The position numbers and the translations under genes are program-made. This document shows positions 1 to 13,960 of a DNA stretch of 64,000 nt, in pieces (the stretch's first letter is position 1; every line of letters starts with the position of its first letter). The notes below the pieces were generated by a model. It saw only the letters and a program-made list of their open reading frames with translations. It searched no databases and was not told the origin of the DNA. The stretch is from Octopus sinensis (lineage: Eukaryota). The stretch is from the NCBI RefSeq assembly GCF_006345805.1, contig NC_043016.1:29264001-29328000 (forward strand). Direction: 5' to 3'.

Positions 1-35
1 GGTATTATCCATATAAATCAAATGGAGTGATTATA

Positions 36-253
36 ATTAAAATAAGCAACAAGGATATCCAAGGTAGTGTAGTACAATCGTTTCATGCTACTTCATTTTA
101 TTAAACACTGTAAGTATTACACCAGTGTGTTAATAAAACTGATGTAATGCTCAACATTTTAAAACTGATGTAATACTTACAGTGTTTAATAAAATGAAAT
201 AGCATGAAACGATTGTACTACACTACCTTGGATATCCTTGTTGCTTATTTGAT
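36..253. repeat. Fold-back end of an interspersed repeat (~90-bp arms)
   Basis: aaataagcaacaaggatatccaaggtagtgtagtacaatcgtttcatgcta... (36-126) pairs with 164-253; the same family recurs at ~20245-20390 with a much shorter hairpin. Confidence 0.85.
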
Positions 254-254
254 G

Positions 255-286
<32 letters not shown>

Positions 287-847
287 CACTATTTTTTCTC
301 CAGTTTTACATCTAAATATACGTAATGATACATTCATGTCTACCACCTATATTACCTTTTCCCCCAGTTTCAACATCCAGTTATGTAGACACCCCAGCCC
401 ACAAACACATACATTCAGAAATACATCACACACACGGAGTTTACAGTACAAAAACTTCTGAAGTTGTTTCATCATCTCCTGAGAGATGTGAGAGACAAAT
501 ACAGTGGAAAACTGTGGTAAAATACTATAACAGAGAGAGAGAGAAAGAGAGTGGGTAGGGTTACAAAGTATGTTAATCTTATAAGTGATAGGTATAATTT
601 TGTAAGGATACTAATTGTAAATGGAAGCTGGGGGGTCTTAGATTTCATGAAGAAACAGTAGAAAAATGATTTGTAGCTAAGTAAATGTAGACATTCAACT
701 TCTAACACACACACACACAGCAGATTTTTCTAAATGCTGGTTAACACACAAGGGTACCAAGTACCCCAACTGCTTACTCTCTGCTGATAAAAGGGATTAA
801 ATACTACTGCTGAATTAACCCTTCCAATACACACACTGCAATATGTA

Positions 848-890
<43 letters not shown>

Positions 891-3236
891 ATTATTGTTA
901 GACTTGGTATATCAGAGAGTTCATTCTTTTACATGACACAGTTACAGGCAGCCCCCACAACAACAACATTGCTGCCACCACCACCACCACCACCAGAAGC
1001 CCTCGTAGTAGTTGGTATTAGTGGTTCACGTTGTTGTTTAGTCCCCTACCCACTCATTCTGGTCAGTCCTGATCCAGCAGACCTAAGATGTTCCGGTTGT
1101 GATCATCTCATTTCATTTTTAGACATAACTAGCAGTATCACCTGGCATTGCTTGGATTTGTTTCAACCCTTTAGAATTGGAATTTTTGAAAAGTAAAAAT
1201 TTTGCATTATGTAGCTTGTTATTCTCTTTAAGTGAACATTTTTCTGGTTGAAATACACCAAAAAATGGTGACACAGCAGTAAAAAAAATAGGGATTTCCA
1301 TAGAAAAAAAGCACCTTTTTGATGTAAATAATTTTTGGAGTTAACACGGTCCGATTTGAATTTTTTCTTCTACAGAAGGAAGAGCAAGCCTTCCTCTATA
1401 ATACTCTCAGTTTTGGCCAACTTGCGCCGCAGGGTCTTGGAGGAGATAGTGTTAGTTGAAGGCTACCAAACCTGCTATACACAGACAACTTCAGCTTTAT
1501 ATAGAGAGAAATTTATCTAGAACTGCATCATCTAATGTATAATATTAGTATTAGTGACTGATTGTTGCTTGGCTCCCAACATATGAAAGACTTTCCAGTT
1601 GTGACCACCCAATCCTATAATTCAGACATAATGTTATAACTCAATGTTACAATATATAAATAATAAAGAAAAAAAATGCTTTAGGTAGTCTGTAAGTAGA
1701 TGTTCAAAGCAGAAGGTTGAATTTAGTTTTGTAGTGTTTAACAGGTGTAAGACAAAACATTCCTAGTCTATCTTAGGTAACATTCTCCGGATGCCCTGGT
1801 GGTACCCATTCCCAAAACGAATTAAGTGAACTGAAATATACAAGCAAAATCTCTGCTGCCAACAGGGGCAGAGCTGAGAGAGTATTTAGTTCCAGGAACA
1901 CAGTATAATGTGGATTAAAGATACATCTCTCTATGGATTGTGAGCTTATCTCAAGTAACAGTCTCCAAAAGATCTCTGATCCTAATTCCTTGTGGATAAT
2001 CTTGAATTGAAATAAATAAAAACTAAATAACTCCAAGGTCCCAGGATCTTTGGGTAGTCGACTTCGAGTAACAATGATGAAAGATACTACTCCTCTTGGA
2101 CTTGAAGTCAGTTGTTGTTGTTAACACTCCGAGTATCCCCCAGGGCAGAGATACACAACAGCAACAAAAAAAAAAATCTGTTGTTGATAGTCCACCTCCT
2201 TATCCTTTAAACCATTTCACTTTGACAAGTCAAAATATAGAATCTTTTTGACTTGTGAAAGCTACATCTGCAAGAAACAACAGTTAACTCTCCCTCAAAT
2301 AACATCTTACTGTCTTAATAATGTAAAACAGAACATACTGGGTAATGTACTTCAAACTACACATTGTCTGAATAAAAGACAGGATGGTCCTAAATGGAAT
2401 ATCTTTTTTCGTAATTTTACTTGTGGGACAAACTTCAACCAACCTCTCCCAGCATGGAACGGCAAATGCAAAGTCATTGATGATGATGATGATGATGATG
2501 GTCACAATGATGATGATGATATTGAAATGGTAAGAAAGGTGTATTAAGAAGTGACAATGATGGTTTCATTTGATTCAAAAAACAAAGGTCCTATATTTTA
2601 GAGAATGCAGCAGATGGGATGTTGTAAGGCTGGTGCCTACCTCTTGGCTGCAATAGACAAATGATAAATTTTTTTCTTCTTACACTAGTTTCATATTTCT
2701 TTATTGCCCACAAGGGACTAAACATAGAGGGGACAAACAAGGACAAAGGGATTAAATCGATTACATCGACCCCAGTGCATAACTGGTACTTTATTTATTG
2801 ACCTTGAAAGGATGAAAGTCAAAGTCGACCTCGGCGGAATTTGAACTCAGAACATAACGGCAGACAAAATACTGCTAAGCATTTTGCTTGGCGTGCTAAT
2901 GTTTCTGCCAGCTTGTCGCCTTCTTTTACTAGTTTCAGTCATTAGAGTGCAGCCATGGCAGGGTACCCCTTGAAGAATTTTAGTTGAACTTATCAAACCC
3001 AGTACTTATTTTTTTTTGTAAAGCCTGGTACTTATTCTATTGGTCCCTTTTGCTGAACTGTTAAGTTATAGGGATGCAAACACATCAACAGCAGTTGTCA
3101 ATTGGTAGTGGTGTACAAAACACATACACAAAGACACATGCATAAGTAGATAGGTAGGTAGGTAGGTATATATCATCATCATTTAATGTCCTTTGTCCAT
3201 GCTGGCATAGGTTGGATGGTTTGACTGGGCTGGCAC

Positions 3237-3870
3237 ACTGGAAGGCTGCACCAGGTTCCAGTCTGATTTGGCATGATTTCTACAGCTGGATGCCCTTCCT
3301 AGTGCCAACCACTTTATAGTGTGTGCTGAGTGCTAGAGGTGGTAAGCTGGAGAGCTGCACAAGGTTCCAGTCTGATTTGGCTTGGTTTCTACAGCTGGAT
3401 GCCCTTCCTAGTGCCAACCACTTTATAGTGTGTGCTGAGTGCTAGAGGTGGCAAGCTGGAGAGCTGCACCAGGTTCCAGTCTGATTTGGCTTGGTTTCTA
3501 CAGCTGGATGCCCTTCCTAGTGCCAACCACTTTATAGTGTGTGCTGAGTGCTAGAGGTGGCAAGCTGGAGAGCTGCACCAGGTTCCAATCTGATTTGGCT
3601 TGGTTTCTACAGCTGGATGCCCTTCCTAGTGCCAACCACTTTACAGTGTGTGCTGAGTGCTAGAGGTGACAAGCTGGAGAGCTGCACAAGGTTCCAGTCT
3701 GATTTGGCTTGGTTTCTACAGCTGGATGCCCTTCCTAGTGCCAACCACTTTATAGTGTGTACTGAGTGCTAGAGCAGGCAAGCTGGAGAGTTGCACCAGG
3801 TTCCAGTCTGATTTGGCTTGGTTTCTACAGCTGGATGCCCTTCCTAATGCCAACCACTCTGAGTGTGTAA
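3237..3870. repeat. Tandem array of a 109-bp unit (~5.8 copies) derived from SINE family D
   Basis: Unit starts at 3346, 3455, 3564, 3673 and 3782 (gctggagagctgcaccaggttccagtctgatttggc...), near-identical copies. Confidence 0.95.
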
Positions 3871-6800
3871 TGACACTGGCATCCGCCATGACCATGATTT
3901 TGCTCAACTTGATGGGTCATCTTCTCAAGCACAACATAATGTCAAAGGTCTTGGTCATTGCCTCCATGAGGTCCGACACTTGAAAGAAACTTGGTCACTT
4001 TGCCTCCATGAGGCCCAATGCTTGAGAAAAATTCAGCCACTTTGCCTCCATGAGGCCCAACGCTCAAGAGAAACTCAGTCACTTTGCCTCCATGCAGGTG
4101 CCTCCCAGCAGAGAGGGATATATAAACATATATATATATAATATGGGTGGCTTATTAAATCCATAGATGTCACTAAAGTGACAGAGTACTAAGTGGTACC
4201 AGCATTGCTAGAAATAAGAGTCAAACCAACTCGCTAATCACAAGACCACTATGTTAATGACTGACAAATGAGATAAACTTCCTTTCCAGACATAGCCAGA
4301 TCACCAGCAATTTCAAATTTTGATACAGAGCATCTTAATTCTCATTGATAGCTCTTACTGCACCTAGGGTTAAATTCAACTCACCTAGTCAACTTATAAG
4401 ATCATTGAACTCATATGCTCATTTCAAAAGTGGTAAAAGTGAAAACTATAAATAACATAGGTGGCTTATTAGAAATTTAACAACCTAAAGGTAAATTTAT
4501 AGACATCACTAAAGTGACAGAGGGTACTAAGTGGTACCAGCATTGCTAGAAATAACAGTCAAACCAACTCACTCACCACAAGAGCACTATCTTAATGACT
4601 GACAAGGGAAATACACAACACACACACACACACACACACAGAACAGGCTCATCCAATTTTTTTCTTCTACCAAATCCATTACAGAAGACAATTTCCCAAG
4701 GTGCCACACAGTAGGACTGAACCCAGAACTATGTGTTTGGGAAGCAAGCTTCTTTCTATTTGATAGGTTTCATCTTAACCCTTTAGCAATTGAACTGACC
4801 ATATCCAACCCAAATAATCTATCTGCTCTATGTTCAAAACAGCCTGATCCAGCCTTTAATACAGAGTTAGGCTGTATGCTGATGGGTAAAAATTTATGCA
4901 CAAAACCAGTTGCAGTTACTAGTGAATAAACAGACAGTGCATAATCTTGTTTTACCAAGGAAAATGACAACCACACTGGTATTGGTACCAGTTACGTTGT
5001 GAGTTCAAATTCCGCCGAGGTCAACTTTGCCTTTCATCCTTTCGGGGTCGATAAAGTACCAGTTACGCACTGGGGTTGATGTAATCAACTTAATGCCTAT
5101 GTCTGTCCTTGTTTGTCCCCTCTATGTTTAGCCCCTTGTGGGTAGTAAAGAAATAGGTATTGGTACCATGATAAAATGCACCCTAAATATTCAATAAAGT
5201 GGTTGGCATTAGGTAGGGCATTGAGCCATAGAACCAAGCTAAAAATGGAGTGTATGAGCTTCAGGGTATAAGAGAGTGGATGTAAAGATGATGTTGAGGA
5301 TTATGTACGCTTGTGTGTGTGCATTATATAACCGTGAGTATTTTTTAAAATACTTTTACTGGTTTTAATTGATAATATTAATCCAAGTATTTATGTCAGT
5401 GTCCTGAATTCTCACATTGCTAGGTTATAGGACATAAAGGGAGATAACAAATAATACAACTGTTGTAAACACAGACACACACTTAAATTATACATATATA
5501 ATTTTTGTCATACACCCCATTTCTGTATTTACTTGTGTGTGTGTGTGTGTGTGTGTTTTATTCCTTTACTTGTTTCAGTCATTTGACTGTGGCTATGCTG
5601 GAGCATTGCCTTAAAGGGTTTTAGTCAAAGAAATTGACCCCAGGACTTGTTCTTTGTAAGCCTAGTACTTATTCTATTGGTCTCTTTTGTCAAACTGCTA
5701 AGTTACAGGGATGTAAACACACCAACATTAGTTGTAAAATGATGGTGGGGAGACAAACCCAGATACAAAAACACACACACAAATATATACATACATACAC
5801 ATATATGCCTCACAGAGGTAATGATTAGTGACCGAGACCTTTGGCAATGTGCTATGCTTGAGAGGACCTGTCAAGTGAAATCATAGTCATGGTAACTGGC
5901 ATCTGTGCTGGTGGAACGTAAAGAACATCTTTCAAGTGATGGGCCTCATGGAGACAAAGTGACTGAGTTCCTTTCAAGCACAGGGCCTCATAGAGTTAAT
6001 GGTTCAGGCCTTTACCATTATGTTGTGCATAATAAGACCAAAAGCAAAATCGCAGCCATGGCAGATACTGGTGTCATGCAAAAGGCACCTGTGCCAGTGG
6101 CACATAAAAGCACCCCAGTGTCACGCAAATGGCACCCATGCTGGTGGCACATAATAGCACCTATTACACTCTCGGAGTGGTTGGCATTAAGAAGGGCATC
6201 CAGTCGTAGAAAATCATGCCAAATCAGACTGGAGGCTGGTGCAGCGTTCTAGCGCAAAATGTTAAATTGAATTGAAATCTGATCCTCTACTCAACCAATA
6301 AGGACAGCAACTCTGACAGCTTCTGATGCAAGAAGAAATGGCATTAGTCCACTCCAGTAATACAAGCAACATCAACAACTATGATTTCTTTGGTATGACA
6401 TGACATCGTCACAATACAATAGTGACAGCAACAACATCAACTTCTGACATGAGTATATAAGGCCTCAGGACATTACTATTACTTAACCGTTTGCCTGTCC
6501 AAAGCATTTTCTTAAGTTTGTCCCAAATGGTCCTTGCTTGTTTTCAGGCTTTTAGTTAGCCCTTATTTCATACAATCTGGGTGATATAATAATACTTTCC
6601 TTTCATATGTCTCAAGTTACTCTATTGGATGGAAAAAAACTGGGAATATGTATCATACATGATGCATGGATGTCAGGGAAATATGTCTCATGTAACGCAT
6701 GTGATACACGGGACAAGAAAAGGGTTCATTTTAACAACCCTACAGAAGGATAAAAGCCAAAGTTGACTCCTGCAAGATTGGGACGCACACACAGTATTTT

Positions 6801-7107
6801 TCCAACATTCTACAAATTCTGCAAAATATTTTTCTCTCTATTTCCATCCTTTCACTATAAACCTCTTCCTTTCCATTATGGGATTTTTTTTTTGCTCTAT
6901 AAAGCTACAAGGTGTCCTCTTCCCACCTCCCAAATTAGTATAGGTGTAGGCATGGCTGAGTGGTAAGAAGCTTGCTTCCCACATGGTTTGGGTTCAGTTC
7001 CACTGCATGACACCATGGGAAAGTGTCCTCTATTACAGCATCCAGCTGATCAAAGCCTTGTGAGAGAATTTGGTAGATGGAAACTAGAATAAGTTCATTG
7101 TGTGTAC

Positions 7108-7139
<32 letters not shown>

Positions 7140-8870
7140 GTGTGTGCTTGTCCCCCCACCACTGCTCGACAACTAGTGCTTGTATGTTCATGTCCCTGTA
7201 CCATAGCAGTTTGGCAAAAGAGAACTGATAGAATAAGTACCAAGCTTTACAGAAACAAAAAAGTACTGGGGTCAACTTTGTTCAACTAAAAATTCTTGAA
7301 GGTAGTGCCCCAGCATGGCCACAGTTTAATGATGAAACAAGTAAAAAATAAAAGATATACTGCTGTAAAATGATTAGTTTTGGGAAGGGCATCTACAGAT
7401 AGAAACCATATAAAAAATGCAACATTAGAGAAAATATGGTCCTCTAACCTGTTGAATTGTCCTACCTAAGCCAGCATGGAAAGCAAATGTAAAATGATGA
7501 TGATGAAACCACACATTTTAAACAAAGTGATGGTAGTAGTGGTTAGCCTTATTCAACCTCAATACATTAGAGGTGTGTATTTTATCCATTTGAAATAAAA
7601 TAAGTACTTAGGAGGAATGAGAAAAACAAAAAGGTTAACTCGACCTTAGCTGGATTTGAACTCAGAAGATACAAGTGTGTAGCCACTACTACAAGTACTT
7701 ATACAACTGCTGGTGCCATATATAAAAAAAACACCCACTACACTTCGCAAAGTGGTTGGAACCAGGAAGTGTGTCCAGCCACAGAAAACATGCCAAAACA
7801 GAAAATTGGAACCTAGTCAGATCTCTGGTTGGCCAGTTGCTATCAAACTGTCCGATTCATGCCAGCATAGAAAAAGGAAATTAAATGATGATGAAGATGA
7901 TGATGATCTAGGCTCCTCTACTATTTCTCCACCACCTCCACCACACCAGTAGTGAGAGGTTTTATTGCCACAGACCATCCACCCCTACACTACACATATA
8001 AATAGACCAAACTATTGATTTAATAGATGCTTCCATCCACCCTACTCTACCAGAATTAAAAATTTGTTGACCCAGAAGAAGCATGAAAGGTGAAATCAAG
8101 TTTTGGGGTGACACATCAGGGTAGGAGAATATGACAGGAACAAGTGGATGAGGTGTGTGTGCCTATGACATGGAAATACTATGAAATAAAGTGAAAGCTA
8201 ATGGTACACACAAAATATATCAAATATGGCACTGTTCCTGGAATAGGAGCATCACACTGGAACCAATCATGGAACCTGTATAGCCAGAATTGATCTGACT
8301 ATGATAAGTAAGCGCCCTCTCTTCAGGTATCATTTTCCAGCCTATAGGTACACATTAAGAGTAGGCCTGCTCATTTGGGCCATGCTGGTAACCCTCACTC
8401 ACTTTTAAATAAATGTTCTGAGGATGGAGAGTATCTCTACCCTTTCCTAATGAAACTGAAAAAGTCAATAAGGACTTGGTCAGTAAGGAAAATATCTACC
8501 CTCATTTCTTTCAGATGCAACTATCACTTAACTTTTTCCATAATAACTACTAGTCAAGAAAACTAATCACCTTTCCTAGTCAAAATATTAAAAAAAAATT
8601 GAGTGAGATGATCTTTATGAAGGACTCAGTCAATAACTAGCTTTATCCTACATGTGATGACAGCAGTTCATTAAAACTCTGCAAGTCAGAAATGGCTTGA
8701 CAGTGAATGAATACATACAGTTTCAATGCTTGCATGCAGCTATCTCAGGCCCAGCTGATGGTGCTTCCATGGTTGTGGAGTTTATCTCAAACTAGCAATA
8801 TCTCTCCTCCCTAGCAGCACTGCTAGGTCAAGGATTTTAGGAAATTGTGCTCAGTTCCTTGGTCAGCGTG

Positions 8871-9175
8871 GAGGCGCAATGGCCCAGTGGTTAGGGCAGC
8901 GGACTTGCGGTCGGCGTATCGCGGTTTCGATTCCCAGACCAGGTGTTGTGTGTGTTTATTGAGCAAAAACACCTAAAAGCTCCATGAGGTTTTGGCAGGA
9001 GGTGGTGGCGACCCCTGTTGTACTCTTTCGCCACAACTTTCTCTCACTCTCTCTTCCTGTTTCTTGAGTAACGCTGCGATGGACTGGCGTCCCGTCCAGC
9101 TGGGAGGAACACATACGCCACAGAAACAGGGAAACTGGGCCCATGAGCCTGGCTAGGCTTGAAAAGGGCGACATT
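8871..9175 (+). mobile_element. SINE family B (tRNA-derived), representative copy
   Basis: gaggcgcaatggcccagtggttagggcagcggact...ggtttcgattcc (A/B boxes). Related copies at 34067-34280(+), 40020-40322(-), 43727-43995(+), 45967-46065(-), 53590-53909(-). Confidence 0.9.
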
Positions 9176-10624
9176 TATCGTTTTTTATCCTTGGTCAGCA
9201 GACCTATTAATTCTTGTGATTCTGTCTAGGAACGGACCAGTTAATTCTTATAAATTCTCAATTTCCTTAACATTGTTGTTCTCTACCACTGGTTCTATTT
9301 GGATAGCCAATGTGGATGTTCCATTGGTTGCATTACCTGACAGCAAGAGGGCTAAATTTCAAGTTCTTGAAATTAAAATAAACAAAAAAAAAAGTAAAAA
9401 CTCTACCAATAATAATAATAGGAGCATAATATATGACAAAACAAAAAAAAATATGACTGAAAACATAAAAACCATATCAAGTGTCCTGACATTATTTACA
9501 GTTCACAAAAATTTTGCTAGACACAGGCCACATCCTACTCACACACGCCAAAGTCCTACAAATGGGTCCATATCATACATACACAAGATTGTCCTACTGG
9601 ACACAGACCCTATTCTAAACAAGGTACCTTTAATTTGATAATATAGCTTAAAATAATTCACTTTCTCTACACAAAACATATCCTATACATTCACCTTCCT
9701 TTAAATATCTTTTAGCTTTTATTTGTTTTAGTTATTAGACTGCAGCCATGCTGGGGCACAGCCTTGGAGAATGTTTGGTCAAATGAATCAATCCCAATTC
9801 TTATTTAATGTATTTTTTAAAGCTGGGTACTTATTCTATCAGTTTCTTTTACTGAACTGCTAAGTTATGGGGACATAAACACATCAACACCAGTTGTCAA
9901 GTGGTGGTGGGGAACAAACACACACACACACACATACATATATATATGTATGACAGGCTTCTTTCAGGTTCTGTCAACCAAATCCACTCAAGGGTTTGGT
10001 TGATTCGTGGCTACAGAAGACATTTACACCAAGTACCATGCAGTGGGACTGAACCCAGAACCATGTGGTTGGAAAGCAAGCTTCCACAAGGGGCTAAACA
10101 TAGAGGGGACAAACAAGTACAGACAAAGGGATTAAATCGATTACATGGACCCCAGTCCACAACTGGTACTTAATTTATCAACCCCGAAATTATGAAAGGC
10201 AAAGTCAACCTCGGTGGAATTTGAACTCAGAACGTAATGGCAGATGAAATACTGCTAGGCATTTCGCCCAGCGTGCTAATGCTTCTGCCAGCTCACCGCC
10301 TTTTTTTACCACACAACCACATCAACATATGCTTTCATATAATGAATAACAAACTATAACACCAACAATTCACTTACTCTGCACAAACACCACTCGTTAA
10401 TATAACACTACCCATACTAGAACATTCTCTACACAACACTAAAATAACACTAAAACAAAGCAACAAAACAAAAAGCTAATGTAGCTATACAACCCTAACC
10501 CAACATTCCCAAAAGACACTGCTGCACATAGCTCAGAAACACAGAAGTGCACCAGAAGGTGCAGCAGTAACCTGCATAAAACTGTTTAACAGACAAGGAT
10601 GATGATGTGGCAGTGCTGCTAATG

Positions 10625-10687
<63 letters not shown>

Positions 10688-11055
10688 GGCGCAGGAGTGG
10701 CTGTGTGGTAAGTAGCTTGCTTACCAACCACATGGTTCCGGGTTCAGTCCCGCTGTGTGGCATCTTGGGCAAGTGTCTTCTGCTATAGCCCCGGGCCGAC
10801 CAATGCCTTGTGAGTGGATTTGGTAGACGGAAACTGAAAGAAGCCTGTCGTATATATGTATATATGTATATATATGTGTGTGTGTCTATGTTTGTCCCCA
10901 CCTAGCATTGCTTGACAACCGATGCTGGTGTGTTTACGTCCCCTTCACTTAGCAGTTCGGCAAAAGAGACCGATAGAATAAGTACTGGGCTTACAAAGAA
11001 TAAGTCCCGGTGCTCCAGCATGGCCGCAGTCAAATGACTGAAACAAGTAAAAGAG
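10688..11055 (+). mobile_element. SINE family A (tRNA head + CORE-like centre + microsatellite + 3' half), representative copy
   Basis: ggcgcaggagtggctgtgtggtaag (A box), gggttcagtcc (B box), ggcatcttgggcaagtgtctt (CORE-like). Further copies at ~6945-7350(+), 15210-15625(-), 23315-23520(+), 33145-33361(-), 38345-38900(+), 46240-46516(-), 62965-63310(-). Confidence 0.9.
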
Positions 11056-12739
11056 AAAAGCGGGAGAGAGTAATAATAATAATAAATAATAATAATAATG
11101 GTGATGATGATGATGGCAAGAATACACCAGGTGAAATGCTACTTATAAAGATTACTATTTATGAGTTGCGACAGATATAATAAGTAACTGGCCCCAGGAT
11201 GGCAGAGAGAGAGACAGACAGAGAGGAAGAGAGAAAGAGATAGTATACATAAACCTATGCATGTATATTAGTGGGTATATGTGAAACAAATTACCTTACA
11301 TAGTTTAAAATGGTAAGTTCCAAACAACTGGTAGCAGTTCCCGAAAGTAGTTCCTTAGTTCATTTTGATGTGGCATATGTGCTTAATGGAATTTTAAAAG
11401 CGGGGAAAGGCAAACCTTTCAACCAGCAAAGAAGGGCAGTATTTGTGCTGGAAGACATAATGTCCGGTGGCACCAGCATCTTGAATTTGCTGTTTTGTTT
11501 TGTTTTTTTTTTTGTAGTTTTTGTGAAGTCTTTTATTCTCTTTTTTATTTAAACTTGTTTTCTGCCAACAAAACAGTGAAACCTAGAAGAATGTTACACA
11601 GGGAATGTTTCCTCGTAGACTTAAGAGAAGGGAAGAAATACCTTTGTTGGCTCTCTAGACCCAAGCTACCTCTAAGACAAAAACAAATTATAAAGAAAAG
11701 GAAATAAAAGATAAGAAAAACAAATGTAGACTTTAGATAACACAAACACACACACAGACACACACACAGACACAGACACACACTTCTCTCACACACTTAA
11801 AAATAGGGGTTCCCTGGGACAATCTTTTTATGATATAAATAGTTTCTGCTGCTGTTTAGGGGTGATAGAGAAAGAGAGACAGGCAAACAGGAAAGGGGTG
11901 GGGAAAAAGAAAAGGTTTTTTTTTTCTCTTCTTTCTGCTAAGGAGTAATAAAGGACAAAATACCAAAGTTTGGGGCAAGTAGGGAGCAAAAGGTAGGGTA
12001 GTTGGGACTGAAAAGTAGAAAGATAAATAAACACCAAGGAGAAAGAGAGAGTAAAGGAATATAATATTTTTGAAATAACACACACATATACACACACACA
12101 CACACACAAAGACCGACTTATAATTTGGGTGGGAGAGAGAAACAGATGTAGTATAAATATAAATACACACACGTGTGTATGTGTGTGTGTGTGTGTGCAT
12201 GCACATGGCGTGTGTGTGTGCATGCACATGGCGTGTGTGTGTGCACAAACAGATATACATTCTATTCAGGTAGAGAGTCAAACAGCTAGACAGACAGACA
12301 GGCAGGTAACCATATGGATAAATAGAATGATAAGTAGACATGTACAGACACACACACACACACACGCATACATCACATATATACACACACACAAGAGACA
12401 GACAGACAGAGACAAAGATGATAGAGAGTTAAATTAAACAAAAATTTCTAATTACTACACCTGCAGACAGTTCTTGCTAGAAAGAACTTGCATTAAAAGA
12501 CATCTTATATATAGCTGCAAGTGTCAAGCAGATGGGGAAATCTAGTAACAAGAGAAGATGCAAGGGTATCTCAGAATGTGTCTGTAGATATGTGTATCTG
12601 TGTCTACTTAAGTATATTAAGTAAGCATACAGTGAATAAAGGAGTCAATACTAGAATACTAGTGAGTCAAAATACTATTTATTATGAATGGTGACTAAGT
12701 GATTCAAAGCTCCAGCAGTACTATTTTTTTTATTTTTTT

Positions 12740-13960
12740 TTTTAATTTGACACCAATATCAGTGAAGTTTCAAGGAAAGCAGTCACTATTAATTCAACAT
12801 TGGCAGCATCAAATTCAAAATCGCTTATCCTGAAGACCCAAGATTTTGGCAACACAGTTCATTAGAATTAGTGACTTCAATATCAGAATCATTATAAATG
12901 CTAGAATGTCAGTTTTGTTTCATGATGATTTCGACTGGATATAAAAAAAAAAGAAAGGAAACTGGCATACTGCTCAACATATCCATGACAAGCCACAATA
13001 GAGATGAGATTAATTAAATCAAGTTATTTATTCTGGATACGTTAAAAGAAAAAAAATATCCACACTCCCACTCTGAACAAAAATGATGGTCTAACAATTT
13101 CAAGTCATGAATGGTTACTCTATGAATATGTTTAGAAAGAATTTTTAGAAATCTTCAAAGAATTTGGCCTCACACCAACTACCAATTTAAAGGCCAACTT
13201 GTTAACACTGGATCCCAAGACAGGCAAGTATTAACCCCCACAGAAATCTCAATGAGAAAACTTTATATTCATAGACACTTCAACCTTTCCTTCTCCCAGC
13301 TACAATTAGAAACCTAGTTACAGGAACCAGCAGAAGAATCTATAATCTATCAGCAGACAGGAAGACAGATCTTCAGCAAGGTCACACCCAAAGCACTAAT
13401 CGGGAACAGCTTTACCACTAAGTTAGTTTATATAGAGAGTCTGTCACCTCCACACATGAAGAGAGTTAGAAAGAGGAAAGTAATGTGGTTTAATCCCCCA
13501 TGCAATCTAAATGTTTCCCTTATTGTACTAAAAGCTTCCTGACACCAATTAAATTTCTTGATATAAACTCTTTAATTCACATAATGTTATAGTTAGCTAC
13601 TCACACTTAATATCATTGCCAGCATTGCATGCTGCTACAACAGAGACAAATACACACAATCTTCACCTTACGTTGTAACTTACAGCTGTCAAAATACTAA
13701 CTACCCACTGGGAAGATCTCAGAAGCTAGGAATTATAAAGCCAACCTCACACCATCTTATGTACAAACAGTACATCACATGGTGTGAGGTACCAGACAGT
13801 ACCTAAGGAAAGATACATGCAAAACATGCACTTCTTTGTGTATAGGGTGTGGAAAACTCCATCTCTCTGTTCTACTTCATCTGGAGACCCTAGGAGTTTT
13901 AAATTGAGTTTTAAGTTTATCTGGAGTATATATCACAGAGACCCTCCTTATTAGGAGCCC
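12740..13960 (+). mobile_element. Degenerate Penelope-like element (RT C-terminus to GIY-YIG)
   Basis: Broken frames give PLE-type motifs: RISDFNIRIIINARMSVLF (~12865), FKEFGL (~13155), LDPKTGKY...YIHRH (~13218), RKRKVMWFNPPCNLNV (13468), VSYS (~13592), then GIY-YIG-like YKA and FIWS remnants. Many stops and frameshifts. Confidence 0.75.

Noticed and set aside
3548-3907. CRISPR-like or coding reading of the regular 109-bp repeats
   Set aside because: Units are contiguous and near-identical with no unique spacers, derive from a SINE, and sit in a eukaryotic context with no cas genes.
9159-9638. 159-aa plus-strand ORF
   Set aside because: Starts in a SINE tail, crosses poly-A/(AAT)n, and has no recognisable domain.
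11297-11671. Exon after a strong minus-strand polypyrimidine/AG at 11672, and ATG|GTAAGT on the plus strand at 11310
   Set aside because: The phase-1 frame from the first AG stops within five codons, there is no homology signal, and such motifs arise by chance. A non-coding exon is not excluded.
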